Part shown: positions 60,924 through 64,000 of the stretch, piece by piece
Layout of the letters: every line of letters begins with the position of its first letter
Numbering within the stretch: position 1 is the stretch's first letter
Assembly: GCF_964194155.1 (NCBI RefSeq)
Contig: NC_135898.1
Coordinates: 41,540,001 to 41,604,000, forward strand
Length of the DNA: 64,000 bases
Direction: 5' to 3'
From: Cetorhinus maximus
Lineage: Eukaryota
Notes under the pieces: generated by a model
The model's input: the letters and a program-made list of their open reading frames with translations, nothing else
Database searches by the model: none
What the model was told of the DNA's origin: nothing
Program-made: the position numbers and the translations under genes

Positions 60924-61575
60924 TCAGGGGGAAAACTCTCCACTGGTTGGAGTCATACCTAGCATAAAGAAAGGTTATTGTGGTTGTTGGAGGTCAGTCA
61001 TCTCAGCTCCAGGACATCACTGCAGGAGTTCCTCAGGGTAGTGTCCTCGGCCCCACCATCTTCAGCTGTTTCATCAATGACCATCCTTCCATCATAAGGT
61101 CAGAAGTGGGGACGTTCGCTGATGATTGTACAATGTTCAGCACCATTTGCAACTCCTCGGATCCTGAAGCAATCAATGTCCAAATGCAGTAAGGCCTGGA
61201 CAACACCAAGCTTGGGCAATTAACATTCACGCCACACAAGTGCCAGGCAATGACCATCTCCAACAAGAGATAATCTACCCATCGCCCCATGGCATTCAAT
61301 GGCATTACCATCACTGAATTCCCCACTATCAACATCCTGGGGTTTACCATTGACCAGAAACTGAACTGGACTAGCCATATAAACATTGTGGCTACAAGAG
61401 CGGGTCAGAGTCTAGGAATCCTGTGTCGAGTAACTCACCTCCCAACTCCCTAAAGCCTGTCCACAATCTACAAGTCACAAGTCAGGAGTGTGATGGAATA
61501 TTCTCCACTTGCCTGAATGAGTGCAGCTCCAAAAACACTCAAAAAGTTTAACACCATCCAGGACAAAGCATCCCT
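60924..61575 (+). mobile_element. CR1-clade LINE RT fragment
   Basis: GVPQGSVLGPTIFSCFIND, TFADDCT; truncated at both ends. Confidence 0.9.
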
Positions 61576-63194
61576 TGAATGAATAATTTTTAAAAATTGG
61601 TCTTCTGAAATTCAGGGTTGGTAAAACTCAGAGTGAGTGCTGTTGCAAGAACAACCTAGACCAATAGTCTTGGTAAGAGTCTGACTGATTTCTCTATTCA
61701 GTGTCCTGCGGTTTTAACAATGTGAGAAAATACTCAAAAAAGGTCAACTGGATTCACTGACGACGAAAGTTTACAGAATTTGTCACTGGTTTCTATTTGC
61801 CTTTAACTGTGTGTGCGGGGGAGGGCTGGGTGGGTGGCAGCTCCTCAGTCTCTGCCCCCTGCAATCCCCACAGAGTGGAGCTGGGTGCTGAGCCGCACAC
61901 GGACAGCGCTGGAATATTGCTACTGATTCCGGGACACTTCCCCCATCCCCCTGCTCACTGTTCACGGCTCATAGCAGATCAGCCTTTTGGGGCTGGGGCT
62001 CTGAGTTGGTGGAGGCAATCCCAGGATGGATATTGGATAGAAGTTGATCCCCGTGTGACTGTTTTTTGTGTTGGGGAAAGAGAGTCTGATTTTAATGGAA
62101 ATTTGGGGAAGAAACCCGTTCTACCGGCACTGCAGATTTACGACGATTCCATGGGGACGGACAGTGCCAAGGGGTGTCTTCAATGGTTTCAACGAGTGCC
62201 TGTTCCCAGGAATCAATGTAAATCTGACATGGCAGTGGAACAAATCTCATCCTCTTTATCCTTTGGGCAAAAGTTGATGTTAATGGGATTTTATTTTGGG
62301 GGGTTGGGGCGGGGGGGGCGAATATCGATCTTCACTGGATTTTAATCCAGGCAGGAATTGGAAAAATGTTCTTCTTTTTCAAGTTTCCACTTTAGGACAA
62401 GATGAACCTTAGGATAGTTCATTGAAACCCTGCATTATTGCTAGTCTACACAAAGCTCGGTGATTGAACAACTCTGCTCCGTACAAAAGAGATATAGTTC
62501 CCACTCTGTACAAACAAGGACTTTTACAATAGGAATCTCTCTCCAGGAATTTGTTTTCATCTTCAAGCTCCCTTATATCCCACTTGCGCCACACTGCCAG
62601 CTTTCCATAATGTCACTCCCACCGACATGTCCCGAAATACATCCAGACAGCCTTATCTGCTGTTCGTCAGTGACCTCCTTGTCTCATGATTTTTCATATG
62701 GAATGGGTGACTATCTGCACAAAGGGACATAACCAGTGCCTGGGAGTTAATGCACCCCAGGCCTCATTTTAGGAAGTGGAGCGGCAGTGATGGCACTGAT
62801 TGGTATCAAGGTCCTAACTGCATTATTTGACCCCTATTTAAAGATACATTCAAGGCCTCTGCTGGTTCCTGGCATGAATGCTGACCACCTATGAGTCTGC
62901 ATGAAAATCCCAACAAGTGGACCTCCAGTGATAAATTGGCAAGGAACTTTTTAAAAAGTCATCCCTTCACTGTTTCATTTACACCTAAAAGTTGGACAAC
63001 AGTTAGCCCTATAGTGCTTGGTTCAGGGTTTCTATAACTTGTTATAACTGTAAAGACACATTTGCAAGCCCTTCTGCTGCAGCCTCTGTAATTATTCATT
63101 CAGAAATTCAATCAAAACACTTAACAAGACAAATAGCTTATACGTGAAATGCCAATTCTATTGGTGCCATCAGTTACTCTTTCGTGCAGGTGTT

Positions 63195-63975
63195 TACAAT
63201 TCCAAATAGGATTCAACAGTGCAACCAGATTTTCATTTGGAAAAATATGGGTAAATCGATGACAGCCAACAGGGATTTGCTAAATCCAGGTCATGCCTGA
63301 CAAACTGGATTGAATTCTTCGATGAAATGACAGAGGGGTGATGAGGGTAATGCAGTTGATGTTGTGTAAATGGACTTTCAAAAGGTGATTCACAAAGTAC
63401 AACATCATAGACTTATAAAAAAATTGAAGCCCCTGGGATTTAAGGGGCAGTGGAAGTGTAGATATTAAATTAGCTATGAGATAGGAAGAAAGGAGTTCTA
63501 GTGAGCTGTTGTTTATCAGACTGGGGAGAAGTATATATTGGTGTTCCCCAGATGCCTGTATTACATCATTGCTCTTTTTGATATTTAATAATGATCTAAA
63601 CTTGGATATAAGGAGGCATAAATTCAAAGTTTGCCAATGACACAAAACTTGAAAACATAGTGAAGTGTGAGGAGCTCGTAGCAGACATCAGGGACATATG
63701 TACAAACCAATGTTATAGCCACATATGACAGCTGAAATTTAATGCAGGAAAGTGTATTTTTCTCAGAATCAATACTTTAAAGTGTGAAGTGCTACATGTG
63801 TTACATTTTAGGAGAAAGAATGAGGAAAGGCAATATAAACTAAACCGTTTTAAATGTGGTGTAGGAACAGAAAGAACTGGGGTAAAATCCATGCTAAAAC
63901 TCTATAAATCACTGGTTATGCCCCAGCAGGATTGGGGTCCAATTCTCAGCGCCACCACATTTTAGGAAGGATTTC
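63195..63975 (+). mobile_element. Old CR1 LINE RT fragment
   Basis: SQQGF.KSRSCLTNWIEFFDEMT, VDVV*MDFQK, KFANDTKL remnants. Confidence 0.85.
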
Positions 63976-64000
63976 AGTTTGTTAAGGCATAGGGGGTAGA

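Noticed and set aside
61751-61781. Helix-II-less hammerhead CTGACGA-C-GAAA
   Set aside because: Core letters match, but helix I does not pair next to the cleavage site and there is no Penelope or repeat context; likely chance.

Overview
Repeat-rich, non-coding vertebrate DNA, most likely from a cartilaginous fish (inferred from Deu-domain SacSINE1/AmnSINE1-like SINEs and the CR1, L2, Penelope and Harbinger families present). No host protein-coding gene could be recognised, so the window reads as intergenic or as part of a large intron. Main contents: a decayed two-gene PIF/Harbinger transposon (4867-11442) with two nested CR1 LINEs; many Harbinger-type MITEs; a full-length, decayed Ty3/Gypsy provirus (47063-51609, minus strand) with both LTRs and a PPT; a Penelope GIY-YIG fragment bracketed by inverted hammerhead-ribozyme-like repeats; two further hammerhead-like repeats, one inside a ~207-bp palindrome; and a ~2.1-kb 41-bp minisatellite whose unit is a near-perfect hairpin. 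The most notable patterns are the minimal hammerhead motifs in Penelope-type repeats and four separate cases of short local sequence copied in inverted orientation nearby. All coordinates and identities were read by eye, so boundaries of old repeats are approximate.
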